Assembly (NCBI GenBank): GCA_040754455.1
Contig: JBFMCP010000027.1
Location: 1-43,444, forward strand
Reading direction: 5' to 3'
Length of the DNA stretch: 43,444 nucleotides
DNA from: Nitrospirota bacterium
GTDB taxonomy: Bacteria; Nitrospirota; Thermodesulfovibrionia; Thermodesulfovibrionales; Dissulfurispiraceae
A program made the position numbers and the translations under genes. Of the stretch, positions 1 to 9,804 are shown in pieces. The notes under the pieces were generated by a model that made no database searches, was not told where the DNA came from, and saw nothing but the letters and a program-made list of their open reading frames with translations. The stretch's first letter is position 1. Each line of letters begins with the position of its first letter.

Positions 1-129
1 GTATGTCAAATGCACCCCAGAAAGCGGGTATAAACCCTTGGAAGAGTGGTCGCCTCTCTCGGCATCAAGGGATTTTTGTATTAATGGATAATGTTTCATC
101 ATTTTTTATGAATTTTTCAGCAGCCTGCT
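1..129 (-). mobile_element. Probable end of an IS5/IS1182-like element; terminal inverted repeat at about 112-129
   Basis: The minus strand reads TTAGCAGGCTGCTGAAAAA, which resembles IS5/IS1182-type ends as I recall them. The DUF2779-like frame to the right is cut off here. No transposase is in the window. Confidence 0.45.
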
Positions 130-240
130 AATAATCCCGCTGAAACCGAAAAGATCCGGCAGGCCTTGCTCGAATACTGCAAGCTTGACACCCTTGCAAT
201 GGTGAGAATCACGGAAAGGCTGAGAGAGGCCTCCCTGTGA
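130..240 (+). pseudogene. C-terminal remnant of a DUF2779-domain protein
   Basis: Manual translation gives NNPAETEKIRQALLEYCKLDTLAMVRITERLREASL*. LLEYCKLDTLAM is the typical DUF2779-protein C-terminus. There is an upstream in-frame stop at 109-111. The stop overlaps the next gene's GTG (GTGA). Confidence 0.65.
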
Positions 241-476
241 AGAGATGGGGCTTTCTCCTGATTTTATTTGCGGTCCTGTCGCCGACAACGCTATGGGCGG
301 CGATACTCGGTGAGATCAGGCCCAAATCCGGCGATGCTCTTAAGAACACATATGTCTGGGACGGCAAGGAGCTGAGGCCGAAATCAGGGGCGACCCTGAG
401 CAATACATGGGTGACCGCCGATTCGATCCCTGTCCCGGTTTCGGCAATTGTTGTCCTCGGGATAATCAGGGACTGA
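237..476 (+). CDS. Small exported or membrane protein with an internal repeat
   Basis: Signal-peptide-like N-terminus (MKRWGFLLILFAVL), two copies of E(I/L)RPKSG-xx-L-x-NT(Y/W)V and a hydrophobic C-terminus. It is coupled to the upstream stop. Confidence 0.6.
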   Translation: MKRWGFLLILFAVLSPTTLWAAILGEIRPKSGDALKNTYVWDGKELRPKSGATLSNTWVTADSIPVPVSAIVVLGIIRD

Positions 477-482
477 GCCCGA

Positions 483-800
483 TTATTCCTTCGGCCTGAT
501 GAGCAGGAAGAGGACGACTGCCATGCCTGAGAAGAGGAGGAGGACAAAGGCTGAGAAATTCCTCCTGAACCTGAGTTCCCTGAAAGTATCCAGGATCGTC
601 CCCTCCACAAGCGAGAGCTTCTTTGCGAAGTCGTCCGTCTTCTCCTTTACAAGGGAGTCGTCCACCGTATGGAAAAGGGTCCGGAACTCGGCCTGCACGC
701 TGAAGAGGCTCTTTGCGTGGTCGTCCACATACACCCCTTCCTTTTTCAGTTTCGCAAGGCCGCCTTCGAGGTCTCCGATCTTTTTTCAGTGATGAAGAGG
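483..800 (-). pseudogene. 5'-truncated gene: helical C-terminus plus TM anchor, possibly of a membrane-anchored multiheme cytochrome c
   Basis: The frame stays open upstream of the listed GTG (LFITEKKIGDLEGGLAKLKKEGVYV...) to the ISL3 junction near 800. A C-terminal TM helix is present. The cytochrome assignment is recalled similarity only; no CxxCH remains. Confidence 0.45.
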
Positions 801-938
801 GAATCCCCTTGCTGCTGACTTCACCTGCTGTATTTTGCTGTTGAGACCCTCGGCCATCGCATTTGTGATTCTATGTCTCAAATAAGTTAGGATGTTATCC
901 AGATGCCGCTTCAGCTTCTTGGCAACCTCCGAGGGCTT
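800..938 (-). mobile_element. ISL3-family transposase internal fragment
   Basis: EVAKKLKRHLDNILTYLRHRITNAMAEGLNSKIQQVKSAARGF matches the ISL3 C-terminal motif TNAxxEGxNxKI..ARGF. It is truncated on both sides. Confidence 0.85.
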
Positions 939-1051
939 GGGATTGATACCAATGTCCCACGCGTCTAAGATTGCCATCTTAAAAATTACGACGCTTGTAA
1001 TTGGCTTCTTTCCTGTGCGTGATAAAGCTGATTGCCTATTTTTTACCGACC

Positions 1052-2221
1052 TTAGACATATGCTCCGTTCCACAAGTCGTTCAGAAATTTCCGATAGGGC
1101 AGAATGCTGATTCCGCCCAATGTCCTGGGGCGTGGGTCGAGGCTGACGCAGAGATACCGTTTGAATTTCTTTTCCTCTGCCAGAGCCCGCAGGGATTTCA
1201 AATCCTGAGCGGAGACATTCTCCTTTGCTTTCACCTCTATAGCGGTATGGTCGCCCAATATGAAATCGACCTCGAAACCCGAGGCGGAGCGCCAGTATCC
1301 GAGAGTTTCGGAGGATATGTAGTCAACGTAGGAGCGTAATTCGTGAAAAAGCAGGGTCTCGAAAGCCTCGCCGAATTCCGGAGTCCCCGGACGGAACTCC
1401 CTCCCCTGTAGCATCGCCGTCACTCCGATATCAAAGAAATAGTATTTTGATGAGACAAGCGGTTTCCTTCTTATGGACTTGCGCCATGCGGGAAGCTCGT
1501 GAAGAACAAGGGTATCCTTAAGTATATCGAAATATTCGTATACCGTCGTGCGGGGCACCTGAGCATCGTTGGACACATTGGTAAAATTAACAATCGTGCC
1601 GTTACATAAAGCGGCAACCGGCAAAAAACGGCTGAAGGCTGGCACATTACGGGCCGCTCCTTCTGCCACAATCTCCTGCTGTAGATAGGAGCCGGCATAG
1701 GCCTTAAGGTCGGCGTGCGGGTCATCCGAGAAATAGATAGACGGGATAAGGCCCCTCTGGACAGCGCGCAATAAGTCGAAATGCCTTCCAAGCTCCCGGC
1801 TGGTCAAGGGATGCAGATATTTTGTGCGCGCCCTTCCGCCAAGCAGGTTCACTCCGCCTCTCCGGAGCTTCCGTGCGCTTGAGCCGGTGAGCAGGAAACG
1901 GATGCCGCGCTCCTCGATGAGCCGGTGCACTTCATTGAGCAGGATGGGCAGGCGCTGAATCTCATCGATAACCACGAGGCGGTCTTCCGGGGCCAGTTCC
2001 TGGGCGAGACGGCCGGGATTCTGGCTCATCGCCAAGAATATGGATGTATCCAGAAGGTCGTAAACCCTGACGTCCCTCAGGGTATACTTGATGAGTGAAG
2101 TCTTTCCGGTTTGGCGGGGGCCGAGAAGAAAAAGAGATTTCTTCTCAAGGAGCGACCGCAGATCCAAGAGACGGTCTATATAAAGTCTGTCGGTTTTTTG
2201 CTGTGCCGCCATTATCGTCAT
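1052..2221 (-). CDS. AAA_14 ATPase with DUF4143 and a C-terminal PD-(D/E)xK-like motif
   Basis: Walker A GPRQTGKT, Walker B VIDEIQ, LTGSS, KYYFFDIG and EVDFI..AIEVK. The start may be at 2212. Confidence 0.92.
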   Translation of the reverse strand: MTIMAAQQKTDRLYIDRLLDLRSLLEKKSLFLLGPRQTGKTSLIKYTLRDVRVYDLLDTSIFLAMSQNPGRLAQELAPEDRLVVIDEIQRLPILLNEVHRLIEERGIRFLLTGSSARKLRRGGVNLLGGRARTKYLHPLTSRELGRHFDLLRAVQRGLIPSIYFSDDPHADLKAYAGSYLQQEIVAEGAARNVPAFSRFLPVAALCNGTIVNFTNVSNDAQVPRTTVYEYFDILKDTLVLHELPAWRKSIRRKPLVSSKYYFFDIGVTAMLQGREFRPGTPEFGEAFETLLFHELRSYVDYISSETLGYWRSASGFEVDFILGDHTAIEVKAKENVSAQDLKSLRALAEEKKFKRYLCVSLDPRPRTLGGISILPYRKFLNDLWNGAYV

Positions 2222-2290
2222 ATATCATGACAAATGACGATAATATTGTCAAGATTACGGGAATTGGATATCAAATCCGGCGCAATTTAC

Positions 2291-2397
2291 TGTGATAAAA
2301 TTGTGATCAAAAATTATCAAAAATCTTCAAAATTTGCCAGCCGGATGGAAGGATAGAATCAAAAATCCAAGGTGCTTCGCTGTAATAAAATTGTGAT
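2291..2397. repeat. 17-bp direct repeat TGT(G/A)ATAAAATTGTGAT, two copies (2291-2307, 2381-2397); candidate integrase arm-type sites
   Basis: 16/17 identical, 90 bp apart, about 130 bp from the tRNA-Leu breakpoint. The arm-site role is inferred. Confidence 0.5.
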
Positions 2398-2529
2398 AGA
2401 TTTAATCGGAAGCAGTGGAATTCATGCGAATTCATCGAAACAGTGTAAAACTCCCGACATCTTGTCCGGCAAGTCTTTTTTAGGGAAAACCAAGCCTGAA
2501 GCCTCTTTAGGAAATTCCTATTTCTTGCT

Positions 2530-2568
2530 TCCCAAGTCCAGCGCGTCTGCCAGTTCCGCCACTCTCGC
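2530..2568 (-). pseudogene. 5' half of a tRNA-Leu-like gene, broken at the anticodon loop
   Basis: GCGAGAGTGGCGGAACTGGCAGACGCGCTGGACTTGGGA has the acceptor 5' strand, a Leu-type D arm, the anticodon stem 5' strand and the loop (TGG rather than TAG). No 3' half follows. Confidence 0.8.
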
Positions 2569-2575
2569 TCGTTTG

Positions 2576-2605
2576 ATTGTAAAGGATTTTTTAGCCTACG
2601 GTCAA
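2576..2605 (-). promoter_or_regulatory. Sigma70-like promoter of the tRNA half
   Basis: TTGACC-18 nt-TACAAT, ending 7 nt before the first G of the tRNA. Confidence 0.6.
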
Positions 2606-2773
2606 ACATACTCCTCAAACCGTCGTAGAATTGCAGTGCTTTTGGTCAAGAGGGTCCATGAATAGCAAAAATCGCTTCTCCTTAGCTCTATTCATCGGTT
2701 ATTATTACCCATTACGCGTTTATCGCTGGATCTGGGTTTATACAAACTCGTCCTTGAGTGTAAAGACCAGCGT

Positions 2774-2847
2774 CAGAAGGTCGGTCGCCATTGGCGGTTT
2801 GGGAAGGAAGCCATCGATGAGAGTGGCTGAAGCAAATGGGTGGTTAA
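2774..2847 (+). pseudogene. Excisionase-like HTH_17 C-terminal remnant, frameshifted
   Basis: QKVGRHWRFGKEAIDE, then a frameshift, then WLKQMGG*. This resembles the KVGRxWRFxxxxIDxWL consensus. Confidence 0.7.
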
Positions 2848-2852
2848 AATGA

Positions 2853-2990
2853 ATGGCAAAGACTAACAACGGTGCGAACCTTGGCTTTGAGAAAAAACTC
2901 TGGCTGGCCGCAGACAAGCTCTGTGATGTGGACACCTCGGAGTACAAGCACGTCGTCCTCGGCCCTATCTTCCTTAAGTTCATCGTTTGA
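2853..2990 (+). pseudogene. hsdM: Type I R-M methyltransferase HsdM N-terminal remnant (45 aa)
   Basis: MAKTNNGANLGFEKKLWLAADKLCDVDTSEYKHVVLGPIFLKFIV* matches HsdM_N (LWxAADKL..D..EYKHVVLGLIFLK). Confidence 0.85.
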
Positions 2991-3002
2991 ATATGACATT
3001 GC

Positions 3003-3240
3003 ATGAGTACGCCTTTTCACGCAAAATATTTTGCACATAAACTCGTCCGTCTTGGCGTGACAGGGATTGATCGCTTGTCCCGATCATCATTTGATGCCTG
3101 CGTTGATCTGAATCCCCATCAGATTGAGGCGGACGTATTTGCTATCAGGTCTCCCCTTTCTTAAGGATTCTCTTGAAAAACGGATATCTCAGAAGACGAC
3201 TGCAGAAGAGCTGTTCACAATAAGATGGAAGGTAGTATAG
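3003..3240 (+). pseudogene. SNF2-family helicase with nearly the whole interior deleted
   Basis: The N-terminus MSTPFHAKYFAH..VDLNPHQIEADVFAIRSPLS* (3003-3164) is followed directly by the C-terminus LEKRISQKTTAEELFTIRWKVV* (to 3240). Both are typical ends of R-M-associated SNF2 helicases. Confidence 0.75.
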
Positions 3241-3281
3241 AATATAGCACGCTTGTTGAGACCAAGGAATAAGAGGAAAGT

Positions 3282-6200
3282 ATGTCCGAGAACCTGAATA
3301 AACTGAAAAAACTCCTTGCCGAGCTGTTCCAGCTTGATCAGGCGGACCTTGACTTCGGCATCTACCGGATAATGAATGCAAAGCGGGATGAGATTACCCG
3401 CTTTCTGGACAACGACCTTCTGCCTCAAGTAGAGGAGGCTTTCAGGGAATACAGGAGTGCAGACCGTGTAACTCTTCAGGCACAACTGGATGAAGCCATT
3501 GAGCAGGCTAAAAAACTCGGGGCCGACCCTGAGACCCTGCCGCGTGTCAAAGAACTCCGTGAAATGCTTTCCGGGGCCGTGGATGTGACGGCTCTCGAAA
3601 ACGAAGTCTATTCCCACCTTTATAACTTCTTCCGCCGCTATTACAGCGAGGGGGATTTTATAAGCCTCAGGCGATACAAGGAAGGCGTTTATGCCATCCC
3701 TTATGAGGGAGAGGAAGTAAAGCTCTACTGGGCAAACCACGACCAGTACTATATAAAGACAAGCGAAAACTTCCGCAACTACACCTTCAAGCTCCCCTCC
3801 GGAAAAAAGGTTACTTTTAAGATCGTCGAGGCAGAAACCGCTAAGGACAATATCAAGGCCGCCAACGGCAATGAGCGGAGATTCATGCTCTGCGCAGAGG
3901 AGCCTCTTAAAGAGGAAAACGGGGAGCTTTTCATCCGTTTTGTCTTCGAAGCAGACCCGGAAAAGCGCAAGCAGAAAGATATAAATGATAAGACCATTGA
4001 GGCCGTCCTTGCCGCTGAAGGATTTAGTGAATGGAAGTCCGAGCTTGCGAGAAAAAGCCCTACCGAGAAGGACCCTGACCGCACACTTCTTGAGAAGCAC
4101 CTTACGGACTATACAGCCAAGAACACCTTTGATTACTTCATACACAAAGACCTTGGCGGCTTTCTGAGGCGGGAGCTTGACTTCTATATCAAGAACGAGG
4201 TCATGCACCTTGACGATGTCGAGAATGAAACCGCCCCTCGTGTCGAGCAGTACCTGAGCAAGATAAAGGTCATCAGAAAGATTGCCCACAAGCTGATTGA
4301 ATTTCTGGCGCAGATAGAGAATTTCCAAAAGAAGCTTTGGCTTAAAAAGAAGTTTGTGGTGGAGACAAACTATTGCGTTACCCTCGACCGTGTGCCCGAG
4401 GAGCTTTATCCGGAGATCGCGGCCAATGAGGCCCAGAGGGAAGAATGGGTAAAGCTGTTTGCGATAGATGAAATCAAGGGAGACCTGGCCGGCGCGAAGG
4501 CTTATTCCAAGCCGCTTACGGTTGAGTTCCTGAAGGCAAATCCGTTTCTTGTAGTAGACACAAAGCACTTCGATCAGAAATTCAAGGACAGATTGCTGGC
4601 GAGTTTTGAAAATATTGAAGCTAACTGCAATGGATTACTTATTAGAAGCGAGAATTTTCAGGCAATTAATCTGCTCAAAGCTAAATATAGCAAGAAAATA
4701 AAATGTATTCATATTGATCCGCCCTATAACACTCAAACGAGCGGCTTCCTATACAAAAATGATTACCAGCATTCCAGTTGGCTTGCAATGATGCAGAATA
4801 GGATTGCGATTGGACTATCTTTGTTATCGACAGATGGCGCATTTTTGTGCCACATTGATGAAAACGAATACGAAGTATTGCACCTGCTGTTTACGCACCT
4901 TGGCATCCCGGACGGGGGCACAATTGTTTGGGACAAGAAAAACCCAATGCTTGGGCGTAAGGGTATAGCAACACAGCATGAGTATGTTCTGTGGAGAGCA
5001 TGGGACGAATCATCGGTATATCTGCGGCCTACAAATGTGAGAAAAATACTTGAAAAAGTAAGCTCTCTTGTAGACCAATATGGAGGCGTTACGGAGGACG
5101 TAAGGCGCGAATTTGCTTCATGGATAAGTAATTGCGAGGGATTGACCGGCGGTGAAAGAGCTTACCGTTTCATAGATAACGATGGAAGAATCTTTCAGAG
5201 CGTGGCAATGGGTGCGCCTGAGCCACGCACTGATCCGAAATTTCACATACCACTGGTTCATCCCGTAACAAGAAAAGAGTGTCCTGTCCCAAGTAGTGGT
5301 TGGTCTCGTGCGCCTGAAACATTAAAAGAACTCATGGAAAAAGGTGAAATTATTTTTGGTGCTGATGAAACTGTGCAACCGCGAAGAAAGGTATTTCTCA
5401 CCGATAATTCAAAGCGCCAATTGTCTTCGGTAATCAGCGATTCAAGGCGCGGCAAGAATGACGTTGATAAACTTGGCCTTGAATTTCCATATTGCCACCC
5501 AGTTTCATTATATGACGCGCTCCTTGGTGCGGCGGCACCTGATGGGGAAGACATAGTTTTCGATTATTTTGCAGGCTCAGGAACAACGGGTCATTCTGTC
5601 ATTAATCTAAATCGAGAGGAAGGCGCAAGACGGAAATTCTTACTTGCTGAAATAGAAAGTTACTTTGATTTTATTCTTCTCTCTCGTATCAAGAAGGTCA
5701 TCTATTCCAAAGACTGGAAGAACGGAAAGCCTGTTTCGCGTGAGGGTATCAGCCATATGTTCAAATACATCCGCCTTGAATCCTATGAAGATACCCTAAA
5801 CAATCTCGTTCTCAGACGCACTGATGCCCAACAGAAGCTTTTGGGTGAACATCCGGAATTCCGTGAAGGCTACATGCTCTCCTACATGCTTGATGTGGAA
5901 AGCAGAGATAGTCTCCTCAACATTGATGCTTTTGAAGACCCCTTCAACTATAAGCTCAATATCTCAAGCGGTACTGTGGGGGAAACGAAGCCTACTACAG
6001 TTGACCTTATAGAGACATTTAATTACCTTCTTGGCCTTACAGTCCATCATATAGACCATATAAATGGCTTTAGGGTAGTAACCGGGACAAGGAGACGGGG
6101 CGACAAGGGGACAGGAGGAGAAGAAAAAGTTCTTATAATCTGGCGTAATCTCAAGGAGAAGTCGAACGAGGACCTTGATGAGTTCTTCCGCAGGCAGGAA

Positions 6201-6347
6201 TATAACCCCAAGGACATGGAGTTCGACCTTATTTATGTCAACGGCGACAACAACCTTGAAAACCTGCGCCGGGAAGATGAGACATGGAAGGTAAGGCTGA
6301 TAGAAGAAGATTTCAAGAGGCTCATGTTCGACGTGGAGGATGTGTAA
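3282..6347 (+). CDS. mod: Type III R-M adenine methyltransferase (Mod), 1021 aa
   Basis: Catalytic IDPPYN precedes the SAM-binding [10 protein letters not shown] (beta class). N-terminal [11 protein letters not shown]. Adjacent to res. Confidence 0.93.
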   Translation: MSENLNKLKKLLAELFQLDQADLDFGIYRIMNAKRDEITRFLDNDLLPQVEEAFREYRSADRVTLQAQLDEAIEQAKKLGADPETLPRVKELREMLSGAVDVTALENEVYSHLYNFFRRYYSEGDFISLRRYKEGVYAIPYEGEEVKLYWANHDQYYIKTSENFRNYTFKLPSGKKVTFKIVEAETAKDNIKAANGNERRFMLCAEEPLKEENGELFIRFVFEADPEKRKQKDINDKTIEAVLAAEGFSEWKSELARKSPTEKDPDRTLLEKHLTDYTAKNTFDYFIHKDLGGFLRRELDFYIKNEVMHLDDVENETAPRVEQYLSKIKVIRKIAHKLIEFLAQIENFQKKLWLKKKFVVETNYCVTLDRVPEELYPEIAANEAQREEWVKLFAIDEIKGDLAGAKAYSKPLTVEFLKANPFLVVDTKHFDQKFKDRLLASFENIEANCNGLLIRSENFQAINLLKAKYSKKIKCIHIDPPYNTQTSGFLYKNDYQHSSWLAMMQNRIAIGLSLLSTDGAFLCHIDENEYEVLHLLFTHLGIPDGGTIVWDKKNPMLGRKGIATQHEYVLWRAWDESSVYLRPTNVRKILEKVSSLVDQYGGVTEDVRREFASWISNCEGLTGGERAYRFIDNDGRIFQSVAMGAPEPRTDPKFHIPLVHPVTRKECPVPSSGWSRAPETLKELMEKGEIIFGADETVQPRRKVFLTDNSKRQLSSVISDSRRGKNDVDKLGLEFPYCHPVSLYDALLGAAAPDGEDIVFDYFAGSGTTGHSVINLNREEGARRKFLLAEIESYFDFILLSRIKKVIYSKDWKNGKPVSREGISHMFKYIRLESYEDTLNNLVLRRTDAQQKLLGEHPEFREGYMLSYMLDVESRDSLLNIDAFEDPFNYKLNISSGTVGETKPTTVDLIETFNYLLGLTVHHIDHINGFRVVTGTRRRGDKGTGGEEKVLIIWRNLKEKSNEDLDEFFRRQEYNPKDMEFDLIYVNGDNNLENLRREDETWKVRLIEEDFKRLMFDVEDV
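6084..6115 (+). repeat. Four degenerate 8-mers (GNGACRRG) inside the 3' part of mod
   Basis: GGGACAAG GAGACGGG GCGACAAG GGGACAGG. Confidence 0.6.
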
Positions 6348-6507
6348 TGCCTCCTGCTGAACATTGCCGAAGGGAGTAAGGTCTTTTAATGTTCACTCAT
6401 TACCAGCAATGCAGTTTGACGCTCACTTTTGGCCATAAAATGAGCGACAAATGTAATTGTTGCGAACAAATGATTGGCAAACCTAAGCCGCTTAGGATAC
6501 TTGGCTA

Positions 6508-9500
6508 ATGGAGCGCAGACGGACTCGCTCAGGCTCGACACCTGCAGCACCTACTCTTTTGAGGGCCGAAAGACCACTCAAATTCGACCAGAGGCTTGTC
6601 CTTAACCAGTGGATTCTTGATCTTTTCGGCGTCTCAAGCCTTGAAAAACTGGCTGAAAGAATGCGCGCACCTGAGCTTGAGGGCTTTGATGAAAACAACG
6701 TCTCCAGGTTTTACCACAACCTGAGACTTCTCTTCGATAGGCCGGAACTTCCGTATGATATGCTTTTGGCCTATGACCAGAACATAGTCCGCCACTGGCG
6801 GAGAATCGCGGAAAGGCGCAACCATGCAGGGAATATCCTATACCCCAAGTACTTTCAATACCTCGCCCTGCTCTTTACCGAAATCTACCTTGACCGCTAC
6901 TTCAGGAACCCTGAGAAGCTCCTTCAGGACCTAAACGCATATGTCGAGTCATTTAACTCGGATAAGGCAGACAGGGATAAGATAGAGACTTTCAAGCGGC
7001 CTGAACTGAACAAGCTTGCCTTCTGGATGGCCACAGGAAGCGGCAAGACCCTCCTCATGCATATTAATATCCTCCAGTACCAGCATTACTTGAACCTGCA
7101 CGGAAATAGCAGGCAGATGAACCGGATTATCCTTCTCACCCCGAACGAGGGCCTTTCCCACCAGCACCTTGAAGAATTCCATCTCTCCGGCATTCAGGCT
7201 GAGCTTTTCTCAAAGGAAGGTCGGGGGCTTTTTACGAGCAGGTCGATTGAGATTATAGACATACATAAGCTCCGTGAGGAGATGGGCGAGAAGACCGTGG
7301 CGGTGGATGCCTTTGAAGGAAATAATCTTGTGCTCGTGGACGAGGGACATAGAGGCGCAAGCTCCGCCGAGACGGGCATATGGATGCAGAGGCGGAACCA
7401 GCTTTGCGAAAACGGATTTTCATTCGAGTATTCCGCCACCTTCGGGCAGGCAATGAAGGCAAGCGGAAGCAAGACGCTTGAGCAGACATATGCAAAGTGC
7501 ATCATCTTTGACTATTCATACAAGTATTTCTATGGCGACGGCTACGGCAAGGACTACCGCATCCTTAACCTTGCAGACGATTCTGACGAAGCTATCCGGA
7601 GGAGGTATCTGACGGCCTGTCTGCTCACATTCTATGAGCAATTAAAGCTCTATACCGAACAGAAAAAAATATTCAGCCCCTTCCTGCTTGAGCGCCCTCT
7701 CTGGATATTCGTGGGAGGCAGTGTAAATGCCGTTCGGACTCAGCACAAGCGCAAAGTATCCGATGTCGTGGACATCCTGCTTACGCTGGCAGAATTTGTC
7801 CAGAATCGCGCGGAAAGCATAGCCGAAATAGAAAGACTTTTGAGCGGCGATTCGGGACTTCTCGATGCTCACGGCCGAGACCTTTTTGCAGGGGCGTATA
7901 AATATCTGGGCGCTCTGAGGATGTCGCCGGAAGATGTTTTTAATGACATCCTGAGGGTAATCTTCAATTCCACGTCCTCTGCGGCCCTTCATGTCGAGAA
8001 CCTAAAAGGGACGGAAGGTGAAATAGCACTCAGGCTGGGCGATAACGAGCCTTTCGGCGTAATAAACGTTGGGGACGCTCCAAGCCTCTGCAAGCTTTGT
8101 GAGGAGCATGGCGAGCTTGTGGTTACTGACAGGGATTTTTCGGACTCCCTTTTCAGAAACCTGAATGACGAGGACTCAACGGTAAATATACTGATTGGCT
8201 CAAAAAAGTTTACCGAGGGTTGGAACAGCTGGCGCGTGAGCACCATGGGCCTTATGAACATAGGCCGAAATGAGGGGCCGCAGATAATCCAACTCTTCGG
8301 TCGCGGCGTGAGGCTGAAAGGAAAGGACTTCTCTCTCAAGCGTAGCCGCAGACTTGAAGGATTGGCCGCCCCGAGGAATATCGAAACACTGGAATCTCTG
8401 AACATATTCGGCATTCGGGCCGATTACATGAAGCAGTTCAAGGAATATCTGGAGGATGAGGGGCTTCCGGCTAACGAAGACCGCATCGAGTTTATCCTTC
8501 CGGTCGTCAAGAATCTCGGCACAAAGAAGCTGAAAATCGTCCGCCTGAAGGAAGGCATTGATTTCAAGAAGAACGGCCCCAAGCCTGCCCTCGATACGCC
8601 CCCGGCTTACCTTACAAGATACCCGGTTGTCCTGGACTGGTATCCCAAGCTTCAGGCCCTCGCAAGCGGTTCCGGCCGTAATGCCGGAACTATAGCCGAG
8701 AAGGAGATGTGCTATTTCAGCGAAACCCATCTCGCTTTTATGGATATTGATGCGATTTACTTTGAGCTTCAGCAATTCAAGAACGAGCGCGCATGGTATA
8801 ACCTTAACCTTCCCACAGAGAGCATCTTTACGCTTCTGAGCCGGGATGACTGGTATAAGCTTCTTATTCCGAGAGACCAGATGGAACTCAGGTCATTCGA
8901 GCAAGTTACGCACTGGCAGGAGATAGCAGTAGCTCTCCTTAAAAAATATATTGACCGGTATTACAAATTCAGAAAGCAGGAGTATGAAAGCCCTCAGCTT
9001 GAGTATCGGGAGTTGACAGAGGATGACCCTAATTTCATCAATGAATACAGGCTTCTGATTGAACAATCACGGGAGGATATTGTCGAAAAGCTGGAGGAGC
9101 TGAAGAGTTTGATTACATCCGGTACGTTGAGAGATTTCGAATTTCACGCCCTCAAGTCCATTGCCTTCAATCATCATCTGTATGAGCCGATCCTCTATGC
9201 CAAAAGCGACCTGATAGAAATAAAGCCCGTCGTTCTTGAGAACGAAGGCGAGAGGGATTTTGTGCTGGACTTAAAGGCGTTCGTAGGCGGCAATGGTGAT
9301 TCACTCGGCGGCAAAGAGATGTATCTTCTCAGGAATATGAGCCGGGGCAGAGGTATCGGCTTCTTTGAAGCCGGGAACTTCTATCCGGACTTTATCCTCT
9401 GGCTTTTGAACGGCACGAGGCAGCATATAAATTTTATTGACCCCAAGGGGTTGAGAAATCTCGAAGGGCCGGACGACCCGAAGATTCGCTTTTACGAGAC

Positions 9501-9714
9501 CATAAAGGAGCTTGAGCGCCGGCTCGGAGATACCGGGGTAACCCTGAATTCATTCATCATCTCCAGCACCAGATACCCTGAAGTGGCATGGTGGGGCGAT
9601 AGTTTGAACAAAGAGGAATTTGAAAGGCGAAATGTCCTCTTCCAGATGGAAGACAGAAAAACTTATATACAGAAACTGTTAACAAAGGCACTAGGCGATA
9701 CAGCATCAGGATAA
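6508..9714 (+). CDS. res: Type III restriction endonuclease/helicase (Res), 1068 aa
   Basis: MATGSGKT, VDEGH, YSAT, QLFGRGVR and the C-terminal nuclease FYPDFILW..FIDPKG. Confidence 0.92.
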   Translation: MERRRTRSGSTPAAPTLLRAERPLKFDQRLVLNQWILDLFGVSSLEKLAERMRAPELEGFDENNVSRFYHNLRLLFDRPELPYDMLLAYDQNIVRHWRRIAERRNHAGNILYPKYFQYLALLFTEIYLDRYFRNPEKLLQDLNAYVESFNSDKADRDKIETFKRPELNKLAFWMATGSGKTLLMHINILQYQHYLNLHGNSRQMNRIILLTPNEGLSHQHLEEFHLSGIQAELFSKEGRGLFTSRSIEIIDIHKLREEMGEKTVAVDAFEGNNLVLVDEGHRGASSAETGIWMQRRNQLCENGFSFEYSATFGQAMKASGSKTLEQTYAKCIIFDYSYKYFYGDGYGKDYRILNLADDSDEAIRRRYLTACLLTFYEQLKLYTEQKKIFSPFLLERPLWIFVGGSVNAVRTQHKRKVSDVVDILLTLAEFVQNRAESIAEIERLLSGDSGLLDAHGRDLFAGAYKYLGALRMSPEDVFNDILRVIFNSTSSAALHVENLKGTEGEIALRLGDNEPFGVINVGDAPSLCKLCEEHGELVVTDRDFSDSLFRNLNDEDSTVNILIGSKKFTEGWNSWRVSTMGLMNIGRNEGPQIIQLFGRGVRLKGKDFSLKRSRRLEGLAAPRNIETLESLNIFGIRADYMKQFKEYLEDEGLPANEDRIEFILPVVKNLGTKKLKIVRLKEGIDFKKNGPKPALDTPPAYLTRYPVVLDWYPKLQALASGSGRNAGTIAEKEMCYFSETHLAFMDIDAIYFELQQFKNERAWYNLNLPTESIFTLLSRDDWYKLLIPRDQMELRSFEQVTHWQEIAVALLKKYIDRYYKFRKQEYESPQLEYRELTEDDPNFINEYRLLIEQSREDIVEKLEELKSLITSGTLRDFEFHALKSIAFNHHLYEPILYAKSDLIEIKPVVLENEGERDFVLDLKAFVGGNGDSLGGKEMYLLRNMSRGRGIGFFEAGNFYPDFILWLLNGTRQHINFIDPKGLRNLEGPDDPKIRFYETIKELERRLGDTGVTLNSFIISSTRYPEVAWWGDSLNKEEFERRNVLFQMEDRKTYIQKLLTKALGDTASG

Positions 9715-9788
9715 ATGATCAGTGGCGTCTCTGTTTCTTTCGGCGAGACGGAGATGCATATGAAGTGGAAATCACGGATTATCATTAG
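9696..9788 (+). pseudogene. higB: HigB/RelE toxin C-terminal remnant
   Basis: RYSIRINDQWRLCFFRRDGDAYEVEITDYH* is the canonical HigB C-terminus. The 5' part is missing and the remnant overlaps the end of res. Confidence 0.88.
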
Positions 9789-9804
9789 GAGACAAATATA
9801 ATAA

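Noticed and set aside
2530..2568. Functional tRNA-Pro(TGG)
   Set aside because: The body is Leu-type, and there is no 3' anticodon stem, T arm or acceptor 3' strand.
3189..4568. 459-aa minus-strand ORF
   Set aside because: Antisense shadow of mod with no motifs.
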